A stretch of DNA of 64,000 nucleotides from Blasia pusilla. Lineage: Eukaryota. Below are positions 1 through 13,499 of this stretch, piece after piece. The translations under genes were made by a program, and so were the position numbers. A model generated the notes under the pieces. The model was not told the DNA's origin. It ran no database searches and was given only the letters and a program-made list of their open reading frames with translations. The DNA is taken from assembly GCA_050084515.1 (NCBI GenBank), contig CM114271.1, positions 10,354,001 through 10,418,000 on the forward strand. Direction: 5' to 3'. Numbering within the stretch: the first letter of the stretch is position 1; the number at the start of each line of letters is the position of its first letter.

Positions 1-98
1 ATCCGACATCTCGGGATGAAGTTACACTCGAACAACCTGTTGACTCTCTATGCTATCAACGCGATAGAACTCTACCTACGTCAAAATAAGATGTGACA
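1..98. repeat. Terminal fragment of an LTR, same family as 46744-47404
   Basis: 1-98 (ATCCGACATCTCGGGATGAAGTTACAC...AATAAGATGTGACA) aligns by eye with 47307-47404 and ends in CA. Confidence 0.75.
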
Positions 99-130
99 AG
101 ACCCACAGGTACCCCACCAAGCACTAGTAC

Positions 131-1671
131 TGTAATGTACAACTCAAGGAAAAAAGATACTCTTTCTATCCAAAAGTATTAAGTTCGTTCCCAAGAGACC
201 ACTGTTTCTTGAGTAAAGAGAGATTTTCTTAAGAAATAACCAGAATCAACTCTTTCTTCCCTTAAAATGCTTCGCTAACTCTACTAACTCTAACTTCACG
301 AAAGTAAAGAAAAGATAAGACAATCTTATTTCCTCATAGAAAAGACTCTTCTCAAGTGTAGTGGAAGACTCTTGTGAACCTGCAATAACCAAGCTCCACG
401 AAGACCTTAAAGAGACCTCAAGAATGGCAGCTCACCCTACTTTCAGAACTAAATTTGTCATGGCAGGTTACTCACTGTCTAACAGCTTTCCTACGCTTCT
501 TCCTGATTATCTTCTGGAATTCTGAAACTACAAGACTCAACTCTCATTATTATTGCAGCCCAATAAGATCCACATTCACTTCCGCACCTCAGAAAGAATG
601 AAAGAAGACCCTTCTTCTACATCAAAGAGTGGAAAGAACTCAGAAGTAGTACAAGATTCAGAAAGTAAAAGACTCTTTAGCTTGGATCATCCCCCAACAA
701 AATCCTTACACTCTCACCAAGTCTGCTGGTAAACTCAAGATACACAAAACGGCATTGAGAAGTTCAAGATACAAGGGAAAACGATGATCCTCTCTCCTTC
801 TAATTGCTCTTTAAATAGTATTTACATTTCCGATTGGTCTTCCTGCTCTAATCTAGATTTCTAACTGCTAATCCTAACTCTTTGATTCCAATTCTCCAAC
901 CTTCCATCTTCCTAAGATTGTTCATTGTCTTGGCATTTCCTTTCCGCTCCCTTTTAAACGGCTGTAAATGCCGCGACTCTCCCTTTTATGGTTTCCAAAA
1001 CCGCCGTAATGATTCAGTCTTCACAGTCTTCGTGCTCTTCGCCATTCTTCGCAAAGACTCTTCCTAGTCTTTGTAGTCTTTCTCATTCCTATCCTATCTT
1101 CACGCGAAGACTCTTATCCTTCTGTGGGCGCGAAGAGTCATTACGCTCTTTCCTTCAGGTTTCTTCCAAGTATTCTCTATCTTTCTATTCCTCTTCTTAA
1201 TACTGTTGTCCACTTTTGTGAAGACTCTTTGACCTCTTCCGCTTCTTCCTCTTCCTTCTTTGAGTTCTTAGTCTTTGCTCTGAAGTCTTCGTCCTTCTTC
1301 TTGAGTCTTCGTACACAGTCTCTCTTCCATATTCTTTACAAAAGAAGCTTTCCCTTGTCTTTGTTGATGGTCTTTTACACCGTTCTTCTTGTGGTCTTCC
1401 TTGCGAAGCAACCGCGCTTCCTCTTCTAACTTCTTTTCCTATCTTTTCCTAGTTTTACACAATTCTTACTCTTCCAAGAGAGTCCTGAATCTTCTACCAT
1501 TTCTTGTCTTCTCATCAGAGTTCCGTCCATTACTCTTCCCACATAATTGCAGTAAAGGAAGACTCTTTACTTCTAGCAGTGAGTCTTTAGTCTTCACTTC
1601 ATAAAGACTTTACTATAATTCAGTACAAAAACATCAAAATTTCAAGATTCTCATAAGAGTGGGTTATCACA
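131..1671 (-). repeat. 3' LTR, about 1.54 kb
   Basis: Minus-strand termini TGTGATAACCCACTC...GTACATTACA match the solo LTR at 24075-25081. A PPT is adjacent. Confidence 0.9.
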
Positions 1672-1737
1672 TACCCCTTGACTCAAATGTGAGCCGTCTC
1701 GGCAAACATTCTAACCTATTCTACCTCTTCGCTACCT

Positions 1738-3849
1738 CTAAGGACTTCTGTCATCTGTTAACTCTACAATTTCAATGTCAAGAGGGGTTCGGCCATGTGT
1801 AGCCGACGGTCTGTTAACAAGATTTGGCGTGTTGTTCTTCATTCTCTCCCTCCAATTTTCTACTATCTTCGAAGAACTTAAAAAAAATTTTTGCACTCTT
1901 ACCTCCGAAGGTATAAAAGGCGCCATGGCCGGTTCTTGCAAACACGGCGGTTCTGCTACCTCAAGCAGTGCAGCAGTATGCATTTGTCTTTTCCAATAAT
2001 GGTCGACATAGCCCAATTCTTATGTGATCTGCGTGTCAAAATTCTCAACCTCCTCCGTAATTATGTCTTGGGCTTCTTTTGGTTCTTGCTGTACTTCCGC
2101 CCTAAGTTTCTGCTTTGCTTCCAACATCGTAATCTTCGTTGTGATTTGGCTCCACTGCGATATCAAATCATTGTTGGTCTGTTGGTGTTCGAGGATCATC
2201 TTCCCTTTCTTTGCGCTCTCCATCATCATACTGTGAAGACTAGCCTGGAGGAGATCAATTCGCTCTTGCAATTTCTCCATGTGCAGCAAACAAAGATTGT
2301 TGTAATTGTACAAAGAGTTGATCTGCCCCATGCTCGATATCCACTGCCAAGCTTTCCCACTGTCAAGCATTGCAAGCTTCGTACCTTGCTTCTACTAGCT
2401 CTACTTCTGCTCAGCTAAGAGACTTTTTAAGGTCTCCAATTTCAATTTCTTATGCCCGATTCTGGTTCTCCATTGACTCGTTGATCGTTTGCTGCAGTTG
2501 GACACGACGTAGGTTCCTGAGAAGTCCTATGTATTCTTGTGCCGCCGCATGGTTGGAAAAATTTTCCATCTTCTTCAGATCTTCAAGAACTGGCTCCGCA
2601 ACTTCTAAAAATGAAGTCAAATGTCGTAAGGTGGTGTGCAGAGGCTGCACAACCAAATTGTCTTGCAAACCGGCAGGAACAACCGCCAGTTCTACTGCTT
2701 CCGCCGCTACTATCTCCGCTGCCTCTTCCAATTCTTGACGGATTTCCATCCAAACCCTCTTAGGTTTTGGTACCTCAAGCGTTTGTGAGGGTGGCCGGGA
2801 CAAAGATCCTTCCGTCGGTCTCTGCCTAGTCCTTTGAACACTTTGCCATGTGGTTGATGGGGTTCAGTTGCTACCTCCCTTATACCTAAAGTAGACACTT
2901 TGGTGGGTCGCGGTCTTCGAATTGGAGTAGCTATGATCCACTCCGGAGACTCGTCGTTGATAACCTCCCCGACCTGTGAGTACAACCGAATTAAGAAAGG
3001 AGAGAGATACAACTTCTCCCCGGGTGTCAAAGCGGTTATCAAACTAAGTACATGGGCACAGACAAGAGCTGAAAAATCCACTCCTGGCTCTTCGATATGC
3101 AGATGCATGTTCCAAAGAGTGTAACATTGTTTGACAAGCTTGTTACTCATATAATATGTTCTACCAGGATTGAACAAGATCTGGTAAACCCTACAAAATT
3201 GTGCGAACAAGGGAGGACACAACATTTACGGCTTGTAGCCGTTCCTTCCTAATCGATCCTCTGTAACGCGACCAAGCTCTTCCAATTCTTCTTGTCGGAC
3301 AAGAGTGTCGTAGTCCAATTCTTGCTCAGGAGCCACGGGAAGCTCACACATGATGTGCCACAAGTTAGCAGACCACGAAGCCGGTTGCACTCAATACTTG
3401 TAACCCTTCTTCCCCAAATCAACGACCTTGGAACTTGAATGGAGCTTTGTGAGTAACGCCACCAATGATGGAGACCAATCTGCCCCAAAGAAGTGCCACA
3501 AGGAACGCTCCTTCAGGGCCTTGCGCAATGCCCTCAAAATCCCTCGTGCCGGATACACTCCGCATTTCATGAGCGCCATGTCTCCCTCTCTACACGAACT
3601 GGCATGCTTCCTTTGATTCTTGCAATACTAGTGCAAGTTTTCTTCGGTTGGATCTTGAGGTTCCTCCGGCTTCTTGCCATATGAAATGAGCGACAGCGCG
3701 CCCTTAGTCCAGCTCCTGAAGTGCCTAATAAACGCCAGTTTTACGTAACGGTCGTGCTCCTCGTAACGGCTTTTTGGATGTTTTATTTTTAGGTAGTGCG
3801 AAGACCAAGAACCCCAAAGACCAAGACTGCAAAGACCCAACAAACACAA
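1738..3849 (-). pseudogene. Degenerate extra ORF between integrase and PPT, function unknown, with a coiled-coil-like C-terminal part
   Basis: Chain of co-oriented minus-strand ORF fragments (3628-3849, 3391-3579, 2710-3225, 2450-2803, 2020-2370, 1738-2016). E/Q/L-rich helical segments. Confidence 0.6.
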
Positions 3850-4033
3850 CCAGAGACAAAGACTCCTATCTTAGGTTGCTTATGAGTCTTCACGATTCCT
3901 GGGGGGGTCGGAACTTCCCTGGTCTTGATTTCTTCGTTACCCCCTCCCTGAGCCTTTAGTTGGGTGCGTGGTATCTTCGCACATGCCTGCCATTCACTCT
4001 TGTTGGTAGTGCTTCTCCGCTTAATGTTCCTAA

Positions 4034-5110
4034 TTATAAAGATCCATTTTCAAATACCTCCAGGACCTGGTAAGGTCCCATCCAATTTAACTTTAGATTC
4101 CCTGGATATTTCAGGCGTCGATTGTCATAGAGCAAGACTAAATCCCCTCTTTGTATTGAGTGTGATCTCAGGTTTTTTTCATACCACTGCTTTCTTTGCA
4201 GCTGAATGGTCTTTGTATGGACCAGAGCAAGATGTCTTGCCTCCTCCATTGCAACCAAGTCCTTGTTCCTCCTTCCAATGACCGCCGACTCTTCTTCGTT
4301 TCTTTCTTCTTCCAGAATTTGGTAGGTGGGCACATCCCATTCGATTGGAACAAGGGATTGAATTCCATATGTCAAATAGAATGGTGTGTACCTTGTGGTT
4401 ACTTTCTCTGCTAAGTGATAGGCCCAGAGTGTAGCAGGAATCTTGGTATCCCAATGATATGCATAGGTGTCCGTCAGCCGATTGAAGAGTCTACAAATCA
4501 GCCCATTGGACTTCTCCATTAATCCATTGGCCTTGGGGTTGTACGAGGTTGTCTTACGGCGCTTGATTAGGAAGTGGTAGGTCAAAGCTTCAACCTTCTG
4601 GTTGAGTTCCCCGGTCGCTCACCAATTCCAGAGCACAGCCATATCTAGTAATAATCATTTCATACAAAAACTTGGCCACTACCTCACTCTCATCCTTTCG
4701 CGTTGCGACTGCTTCCACCATTTTGGTGCAATAATCCATAGCGATTAAAATATACTTCTGGCGTGTCTGTTGGGTGGCGAGTGAGATAGGACCCACAAAA
4801 TTGATACCCCAATTCTCAAAAGGGGTGAGGGGAAGAATAGGCACCAAAGGCCAACAAGAAGTCGCTGTCGGTCTTCCTACTCTTTGACAAGCATCACACT
4901 TTTGGATGAAGGATCTGACATCCCGATACATTGTGGGCCACCAATAGCGTGCGGCAAGGATTTTCTTGACAGTATTCCTAACTGCATAATGCCCTCCGAA
5001 ATCCTCCGAATGCATAGCAATAATCACCCGCAAAACTTCCTCCGTCTCCAAACACCCCTTCTATATTCTCCATCCGCACCAAGCTTGAATAACACATCAT
5101 GGCAGATCTC
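4034..5110 (-). pseudogene. Gypsy integrase (HHCC, rve core, GPY/F), disrupted
   Basis: H..GGHY...YWWP...CDACQ; WGINFVGPI; LVSDRGT; YNPKANGLME; WMGPYQV. Confidence 0.93.
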
Positions 5111-6800
5111 ATAAGGCCCTATCTTGTGCAAGAATACTGCCCATTCTTCTACTGTCATAGGAGTTGGAAAAGTAAGAGTGATTAGAAATCTTAGAATGTC
5201 TTCGTACGAAGATCTTCGCAGGTCCTCCTTGCTAATCAAGAACAACTTTTCGTCTGGAAAGTCATCTTCAAGGGTCTTTGTGAGATCGGTGTTTGGCGTC
5301 CTTAAGTATGACAGAAAGTCCGCATTGGTGTGGATCCTTCTTGCTCTTTTCACCACATCAAATGTAAACTCTTGTAACAAGAGAATCCACCTGGCAATTG
5401 TGCCGGACAAATCTGCTTTGACCATCAGGGCACGAAGCGCAAAATGATCGACATGAAAAACACAAGGGTATCCCAGCAAGTAATGCCAAAACTTCTTGCA
5501 AGAAAAAACCATGCCCAAGGCTTCCCTCTCCGTAGTAGTGTTATTCTGCTCTGCGACATAAAGTTTTTGCCCTGCATAATAGATAGGGTAATCCTTCTTC
5601 TTCTCATCTAGTTGACTTAGTACTACACCAATTGCAAACAACAAGGTGTCAACATACACTTGGAATACCTCGGTTCAATCCGGGGGACAAAGCACAAGAG
5701 CTGTCGTTAGTGCCTGCTTCGACTCCTCAAATGCCCTCTGACATGTTGGCAACCACTCCCATTCCTCGGTCTTCTTCAACAGGTTTGTTAGAGGCTTTAC
5801 CTTTAGTGCATAATCCTTGATGAATCGGAGGTAATACCCCACATGCCCCAGGAATCCCCTTAGCTCACGAAGATTCGTGGGAGCTTCTAACTCCAAAATT
5901 ATCTCCACCTTTGCCGTATCTACTTCAATACCGCGTGACAACACTCGATGCCCTAGTAGGATACCTTGTTTCATGGCAATGTAAGACTTCTTTAGGTGCA
6001 ACGATAGCTGCACTTCTCGGCATCAAGCCAGGGTTAGCTCTAGCTTTTGCAAATGATCTTTGGCCGAGCTGAAGACACAAAAGTAATCTAGGAAGCTCTC
6101 TATGAATCTTCGTAAATAGTCTTGGAAGATAGCAATCATCATTGTTTGGAAAGTGGACGAGGCATTACACAACCCAAAAGGCATCACCCGATAGGAAAAA
6201 GTACCCCAATCCGTGGTGAAGGTAGTCAGGGCTCGGTCCCTCTCTCTGATAGATACTTGATTGTAACCGAAATACCCGTCCAAGAAGATATAGCGTTCAT
6301 GGCCACCCACCTTATCTAAAATAGTGTCCGTAAAGGGTCAGGGGTGGTGATCCTTGAGGGTGGCCTCATTAAGCTTCCTATAATCTTGACATACTCGAAT
6401 CATCCCTGTCTGCTTCTTCGGAACAATGACTATGGAGGATACCCATTCACTACTGAGCACCAGATAGATGACTCTAGCTTCCAACCTCTGATCAATTTCT
6501 TCTTTGACCATTAAAGAATACTTGGGTTTAACCTATATTGACGCATTCGCACAAAAACTGCTTCAGGTTTCAAATCAATTCTATGCTCTCCATGCTTGGC
6601 TGGCACTCCTCTCATCTCATCCATGGTGTAGGCAAACATGTCAAGGTATATGAAAGAAAAGTTCGAAAGAAAAGTTTTATATTGTGAAAGTTCAGAAGCA
6701 GAAAAATCTGTGGATAGATGCAAAGCCTTAGTGTTAGTGATAAGGACTTCTTGGTAGTCTTTCTCTTGCACCATCTTCTCTGTGAACTGATATGTAGTGA
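5110..6800 (-). pseudogene. Gypsy reverse transcriptase and RNase H, disrupted
   Basis: FLDGYFGYNQV, YRVMPFGLCNA, FLDY(D), LRGFLGHVGYY; RNase H YVD..FAIGVVLSQ, TTEREALGMVF, VDH, ARWILLLQEF. Confidence 0.93.
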
Positions 6801-6900
6801 GCCCATCTGGCTCCTCTCCTGGAAAGGACTTACTCTATTCTAGCTATAAGTACTCTTCATCTATCTCATAACACCCCAAGTAGCACACATAGGACGAGGA

Positions 6901-7325
6901 CTATGTGTCAACTTCCGTGTCTTGATCCGAAGTATACCCCTCATTTGTGGCTGATGTCTCTCCTTGAGAAGGTCGAGATTTCCATGATAATTTCACCAAC
7001 TTCTTTGGGATATTGTAGGGTGCCTGGAAAGTAAATCTTTGTCTCTTCCAATCCATATTAACTTGAGCTCCATAGAGCCACGGTCTCCCAATAAGCAGGG
7101 GGTAACTGATGACTGTCAAAGGCTGAAGGACAAGGTAGTCCAACAGAAATAGCACTCCCCCTATCATGGTGGGGATCTGAATGAGTTGCCCCAAAGGTCG
7201 CTTGCGAGACTGGTCTGCAAAGCGTAAGTATTTAGTGGTAGGTTCATATTTAGTGTAACCCAAGGCTTGAGCAATTTTCTTTGTGAGGATGTTGATCCCG
7301 CTTTCGGAATCTATAGGGATCTTTT
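6901..7325 (-). pseudogene. Gypsy aspartic protease
   Basis: IDS(E)SGINI around 7290-7316, followed by YPLLIGRPWL. Confidence 0.8.
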
Positions 7326-7634
7326 TGTGGAAAATTGCTAAAGAAGCATAATTGGCGAGAAACAGCTCTCACAATCACACACCACCATGGAGAACAAAAT
7401 TTGCAATGAGAGAATGAGTGGAGGTTGGTCCCTTTCTCAATTATATAGGGTATGTCCAAGCAATCCTAACCCTAACCTTAACCATAGTCTCGAGTTAGAC
7501 TAATTATGATTAACTAACCCTAGTTAAGATAATCGCGCTTAACTGACTAACCAAGATTAAGCTTCCCTACTTCGTGTGAATACCAAATGTAGCAGTTCAC
7601 GTGTCTCATGAGATTGACTGTAACTCAATCTTCA
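7326..7634 (-). repeat. Copia 3' LTR, about 309 bp
   Basis: TG...CA bounded and adjacent to the PPT. The left boundary is where Gypsy protease homology stops. There is no second copy to confirm the boundary. Confidence 0.7.
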
Positions 7635-7649
7635 ATACTCCCCCTCAAG

Positions 7650-9128
7650 CTTATATCGATATCTCTAACGCCTAAATCAATTCTAAACATCTCAAACTTA
7701 TCTCTAAACAATGCCTTTGTAAAGATGTCAGCAATTTGTTGATCTGTACCTATATACACAAGATCTATTTCTCCTGCAAGTACTTTCTCTTATAAAATGA
7801 TAATACACCTCAACATGCTTCGTAGGAGCATGAAACACAAGGTTATTAGCAAGCTTGATGCTATTAATATTATCTGCATATATTACACTAGGTGCTAAGT
7901 TACTAAGACCAATCTAAACAAGTAATCGATGAAGCCACACTGCCTCACATGCTGCATTGGTTGCTCCTCTATACTCAGCCTCTGTTAAAGATAAAGCAAC
8001 TGTAGGTTGCTTCTTTGAAGCCTAACTTATAGCTGCGCTTCCCAAAGTAATTGAATAACAAGATGTGGAGTGTCAATCAGACACGCTTCCTGCCCAATCA
8101 GCATCTGTGAATCCCTGCAATTGAAAACTCGGAGAAGGATCAAATTGAAGCCCGAATTGAATAGAGAATTTCACATACGGCATAATCCTCCTCACAACAT
8201 CAAGGTGAGGTTTTCGAGGTGCTTGCATAAACTGGCTCAGTAGGCCAACAACATAGCTCAAATCTAGTCTGGTAATAGTTAGATAGATTAAACTTCAAAC
8301 CATGCGCCTGTACGTATTAGAATCTGCAAGCAACTCTCCTTCATCCACTCTTAGTTTCACACTCTAGTCCAATGGTATTGAGATTGGCTTACAAGCCGTC
8401 ATACCATATTGTGAAAGCATATGAAGAGCATATTGTCGTTGTAGTAACCACATGCTCTCTCCAACCTTGATAAACTCAATACCAAGGAAGTACTTGAGTT
8501 CTCCCAAGTGGTTCATATCAAATCCTGCTTGTAACTTAAGCTTGATTTGTTGTGCCATTTCTTCAGTACTCCCAGTAATCAGGAGATCGTCAACATACAA
8601 CACAATGAGAACCGTATGATCTTGTCCTCTCAAGACATATAACGAGGAGTTAGAATCACATACCCTAAAACCCAACTCTTGTAGGACGTATGAAATATTG
8701 CCATACCAAGCTTTTGGAGCTTGTTTGAGCCCTTATAGAGCTTTCTTCAACCTGCATACGCGAAATGGAAACTTAGGATACTCGTATCAAGGTGGTTGAG
8801 TCATATATACCTCCTCATATAGATCTCCATTCAAGAAAGCATTCTTGACATCCATGTGATGTAATCTCCACTTCTTACTTATTGCAATTGCAACCACGGT
8901 TCTCGTAGTCGCCATCTTTGCAATATGGCTAAATATTTCCTCATAGGCGATGCCATATTGTTGTGCATAGCCCTTAGCCACCAATCTCTCTTTGTATCTA
9001 TTAATTGTACCATCTTGATTGCGTTTGATTTTTTTAACCCATTTACAACCAATAGCTTCCTTACCGAAAGATATATCAACCAGCTCCCATGTCCGTTGAT
9101 GTCTTAATGCAGCAAGCTCTTCCTCCAT
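7650..9128 (-). pseudogene. Copia RT and RNase H, disrupted
   Basis: IGCKWV, RLVAKGY, HHMDVKNAFLNG, LYVDDLL, GFTDADWAG; RNase H TEAEY and QIADIFTKAL on the minus strand. Confidence 0.95.
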
Positions 9129-9457
9129 AGCTTCAATCCATTCGACTTTACTTGCACCTTCTTCAAAATAATTGAGCTCCTATTCTTGAAGGATAATCAT
9201 CATATATGCATGATTTCTCACAAGGAAATCTTCATTTATGAATCTATGAACTGGATACGTAACTCTACTTGATCTACGAAGTTGTTGTTCAAAGATAGAT
9301 GCCTCTCACACCTGACTCGAGCTCTGACTAGTGTCAACAGAATGAATATATAATCTTCCTGTCTATGGACTCACAGATTTAATTGATGAATTTAGGACCT
9401 TTCCTAATCGTGCACTAGTACTTGGGGAAGTTGAAGACAATGTTTGTTAGTTTGCAG

Positions 9458-10561
9458 TCACAGTCTCCCCCCTCCCCAAACAGACGAGTTTAGAGGTGGA
9501 ATAGGCTCAGATGGAGCATACCATGACTTTAGTTCATCAAAGAAAACATCTCGACTAATAATAAGCTGCCTAGAGGATGGAATGTAGCACTTATATCCCT
9601 TAGTTCCATCAGCATATCCAATGAAGATACATCTTCCAGACTTGGGGTCTAATTTTGTACGTCTCTCAGAAGGAATATGAGCATAACAAATACAGCCAAA
9701 TACTTTCAAGAAGGAAAAATCAGGTTTACTTCCTATGAAGACTTCGAATGGAGTTTTATCATGAACTTTTGCTGTTGGAGTTCGATTGATTAAAAAGGCT
9801 GCACATGCTACAGCCTCTGCCCAATATACCTTAGGCATGTTCTTCTCATTCACCATAGCTCGTGTCGCTTCAGCAATATGTCGATTCTTCCTCTGAGCCA
9901 CTCCATTTTGTTGTGGAGTGTAACGGCAAGTCACTTAACATTGGATGCCATTCTGACGTAAATAGTCATCAAACTCTGTTGAAAGATACTCTCCTCCTCC
10001 ATCACAACGCAATTTCAAAATGTGTTCTCTAGTCTGCTTCTCTACTAGAACTCTGAATGTTTGGAACACTGAGAATACGTCTGACTTGGCTTTCAAAAAG
10101 TATACCCATATATACCTAAAGAAGTCATTAATAAATGAAATAAAGTATTGGCAACCAATAAGGCTATAGTGTGATGATGTTCACACATCACTGTGGATCA
10201 ACTTCAATATCCTGGATGCTCTTCTACCTTTCTTTGGAAAAGGAAATCTAGTTTTTTTTCCAAATTGGCAAGAAGGACATACCTCTAACGTAGCAGGACT
10301 CGCTATTTTAGGGAGTCCTCTTACTATATTATATGATGAATGACTCTGTAATCTTTGAAGATTCATATGTCCAATTCTTTTATGCCATACATTTAGATCT
10401 GTGACTTGTCGGCCGGTTTGACCATACATTGTTGTTTGAATCTTTAGCATAGAAACATCTAATTTGAATATTCTACCAAATCTAGTTCCTTTGGCTATCG
10501 TAGTCTGGTCGTCCATTGTTTCAATGAAACAACCATCTACGTTAAACTTCACTTGATAACC
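9458..10561 (-). pseudogene. Copia GAG-pre-integrase and integrase, disrupted
   Basis: WHKRIGH...CPSCQFGK, LIHSDV, YTPQQNGVA, FGCICY, KGYKCY, ISRDVFFDE. Confidence 0.95.
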
Positions 10562-11729
10562 TGTAATGTCTAAGTGTTTCTTATTTACAGTCAATTGTAG
10601 AGTTTGATCCCCAAGAGGATCATTGTTGGATGAAAAGAGAGCATAAAGTGATGATTATGTTGTAAAAGTGTAATTGATTATGTAATTCAAATGTAGTATT
10701 TCAGTAATATCTTTCGATCCTTTTTAGTACCTATGTTTTCTTCTTCAATTCTCTCGAGTGGAGTTTAAAGTACGCTCAGGCAATTTGTTCTCTCGACATC
10801 TCGGAACCTCACAGAGACCTCAAGAATAAAACTGGCTTCTCCTACTTTCGGAACTCAACGTCAAGCAAAGGTTACTCTCTGTCAACAGATTTCATACAAC
10901 TTTATGTTGATTATTCCATTGATGAGAAAGGTTCGCCTGATTCACTCTTCACTCGGCAGACCCAAAAGGAATATTTAGACATAAGCATCGCACATCAGAA
11001 TGAATGAATGAATGCTTTACTACTCCATCAAGAATTGGAAGACTTCAAAGTATATACAAGCTCAAGAGGGTACAACTCTCTTGCTCGGACCATTCCTATA
11101 GCATAAGGACTTCATGAGCGAATGATGATAATAGCTTCTGTCCTGTTTCTTAAATATTCTCGAGAGGAGGAGCGTTTCTATGATCCGAAGCGTTCTTGAT
11201 GAAGTTGGTGTCTCTTCAATATCTGTAACTACGTAGATCTATGGTTCTCTTAGCTTTTCCTACGATCCCTATGAATCCGCGGTACAAAACTGTTCTAACT
11301 ACCAATTTGATACAAAGGGTCACGCCCTTTCCTAGTCTAATTGTTCTAACTACGTGTCGGTTCGAATCACAATTATGCTGAGCTTCGCTGCGCTAAATTT
11401 CCGGAGGACGAAGTTCTTCATTCTCTTCGTGCTTCGTGCTTCGCTCAAGAGCGAAGTACCTCATATACAGAGCTTCGTTGAGCTTCGTTAGACTTTGTTA
11501 AGCTTCGCTGATCTTCGCTGATCCTTTATACTTCTTTATAGCTTTTGATTCTCCTCTAAAGCAAATCCTTGATCTTCCATCTCTCTGCCTTGTCTTAGGA
11601 GCTTGGTGATTCACTTATTCTTCTTCATAATAATAGATAATCATAATCATAATCAAAATCATAATATACAAGAGTCTTCGTTGAATAAAAAGATATATTC
11701 TTCAAGATTACAAAATTGTGGGTATCACA
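10562..11729 (-). repeat. Solo LTR (1168 bp) inserted in Copia pol, TSD TAACC
   Basis: TG...CA ends. TAACC at 10557-10561 and 11730-11734. The Copia frame resumes across it. Reverse complement is homologous to 50613-51894. Confidence 0.93.
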
Positions 11730-11734
11730 TAACC

Positions 11735-12980
11735 CTATTCTACTATGTGTCCTACAGAGATCAAGTTTCTTGCAATGGTAGGAACATAGAGAACATTTCC
11801 AAGAGTAGAAAGACCATCTGATGTTATTGGAACTTTACCGGTATGCGTGATATGATGTTTAGTGTCATCTCTTGTGAGCACAATTGCCGGATCTTTCACT
11901 AGCTCCAAACTACTGAACCATGTAGCTTGTGAGGTCATATGATTTGATGCACTAGAGTCAATGTACCAATGTGCTGTTGAGTCTTTCTTGACCATGGCTC
12001 CCATATAATGAGTCATGACCAAGAGATGCTCCATTTGTGAATGTTGTTGTTCTTGGTATTGGTCTTGGTGTTATTGCTCCACATAGTTTTGTTGCTGTAA
12101 GGATCTTGTTCTCATATCTGCTTTCTTCTTGAGGCAAAACTTTGCATTGTGATCCTTTATCCCACAATAATTGCAAGATCCAAGCATCCTCTACTGACCT
12201 TGATCCCAACGATTTCCACCATCACCACCTTGTGATTATGTCTGGTATTGGTTCGTAGTTGATTGACTGACATTATATTGAGTGCCTCTTCCTCCATATG
12301 CTTGATATCCACCACGACCACGGAAGCTTCTGCCACGACCCCTGCCTCTGTTTGATCTATAACTTGCAAATAGCGCACTCTCTTGCACATTGACGAGCTA
12401 CCACTGCCTACTAGGCGCATCTCTTCACTGATTAACAGTGTGACTAACTCTTGAAAGGTTGGATACTTCTCTGTCACAGAGATAGAGATCTCAAAGGACT
12501 TGTAATCCTTTGGAAGGCCTTGAAGAGTGAACAAAATTAGATCATCATCTTCCTTTGTCACTCCAATGCTACTCAACTGATCAACAATATCTCTAATACT
12601 CAAAATATAATCATTGATGTTGTGCGATGCTTTCCTCACTTTGTTCATTTATGTTTCAATTGAAGCTTTACTGACCTTTGTAGATGTGTGGAACAGCTTT
12701 TCCAATGCATCCCAAGCCTCCTTCGGAATATCAAGATCTTGAATGTGACCTATCATTGGCAAATTGATCGTTATTGAAATGTAATGGATTACGTTCCTTG
12801 CGGGTTTGTTCCAGGCGCGAACATTCAAGTCTGTTGAATCATCTTCTGGCTTGACTTCATTACCTGTGACAAGCTCCCATAGTTCTTGACCATTGAGAAA
12901 TTATTTCATGCAAAACTTCCAGACATTGTAATTCTGCTTATCTAGCTTCTTGCGTGTGATTGCTGCTGAGGAATACTCCA
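11735..12980 (-). pseudogene. Copia gag (UBN2-type) and protease, disrupted
   Basis: WYIDSSASNHMT protease motif, NVLYVP...NLISV; gag KLDKQNYNVWKF at about 12915-12950 and LQGLPKDYKSF. Confidence 0.9.
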
Positions 12981-13499
12981 TGGCGAACGATTTCTCTCAC
13001 AAAAATGTAATTTCATGCTCTCTACTGCTCCAATTGAAGCACATGCCACTCCTATACAAAAATCGACTTGAAATTTTCCAAAATTGATCAACCGTATGAA
13101 TGAATTAGTCAAAATTGGCCTGTAGAGAGCAAATTGCACAACTTTTCTTCACCAATTGCACTTTCCTACACTGAAATTGCTATTGCAGGAGCTCAGAATG
13201 TCAGAATCAAATGATTTTGGATGCGTTGGAAAGCTCTCAACAAGCTCTACAAGACAATTAAAACAAGTCTTTGACACCATTGTAACCGCTACGGACCTAG
13301 ATGCCTAAATCGACCGGGAAAGCTCTAAAAAATGCTCCAAAGTTTTATCACCGTCAAAGCTCCACCTGAAATCTGCACCCACTAAGCTCTAAACAAAATT
13401 TCCTTCTCCCAAACTAAAATTGTGCCTACTCTTGCCTCTCTTCTCTCCTGAAACACGAAGAATTTCAAGTGATGTTCTCCTATCGCTCTAATACCATGT

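Larger units (their letters stand above)
131..7325 (-). mobile_element. Ty3/Gypsy LTR retrotransposon (non-chromovirus), 3' portion: PR-RT-RH-INT-extra ORF-PPT-3' LTR. Gag and 5' LTR are missing.
   Basis: Gypsy domain order on the minus strand. PPT at 1672-1690 (reverse complement ...GAGTCAAGGGGTA) abuts the LTR TG. The Copia insertion cuts the element at 7325. Confidence 0.9.
7326..13499 (-). mobile_element. Ty1/Copia LTR retrotransposon: PBS-gag-PR-INT-RT-RH-PPT-3' LTR. The 5' LTR is lost.
   Basis: Copia domain order. PBS TGGTATTAGAGC (tRNA-Met type) at about 13485-13496. PPT AGCTTGAGGGGGAGTA at about 7636-7651. Confidence 0.93.

Noticed and set aside
882-1604. Plus-strand S/F/L-rich ORFs
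   Set aside because: They lie inside a pyrimidine-rich LTR and are spurious. The same applies to most short antisense ORFs over pol regions.
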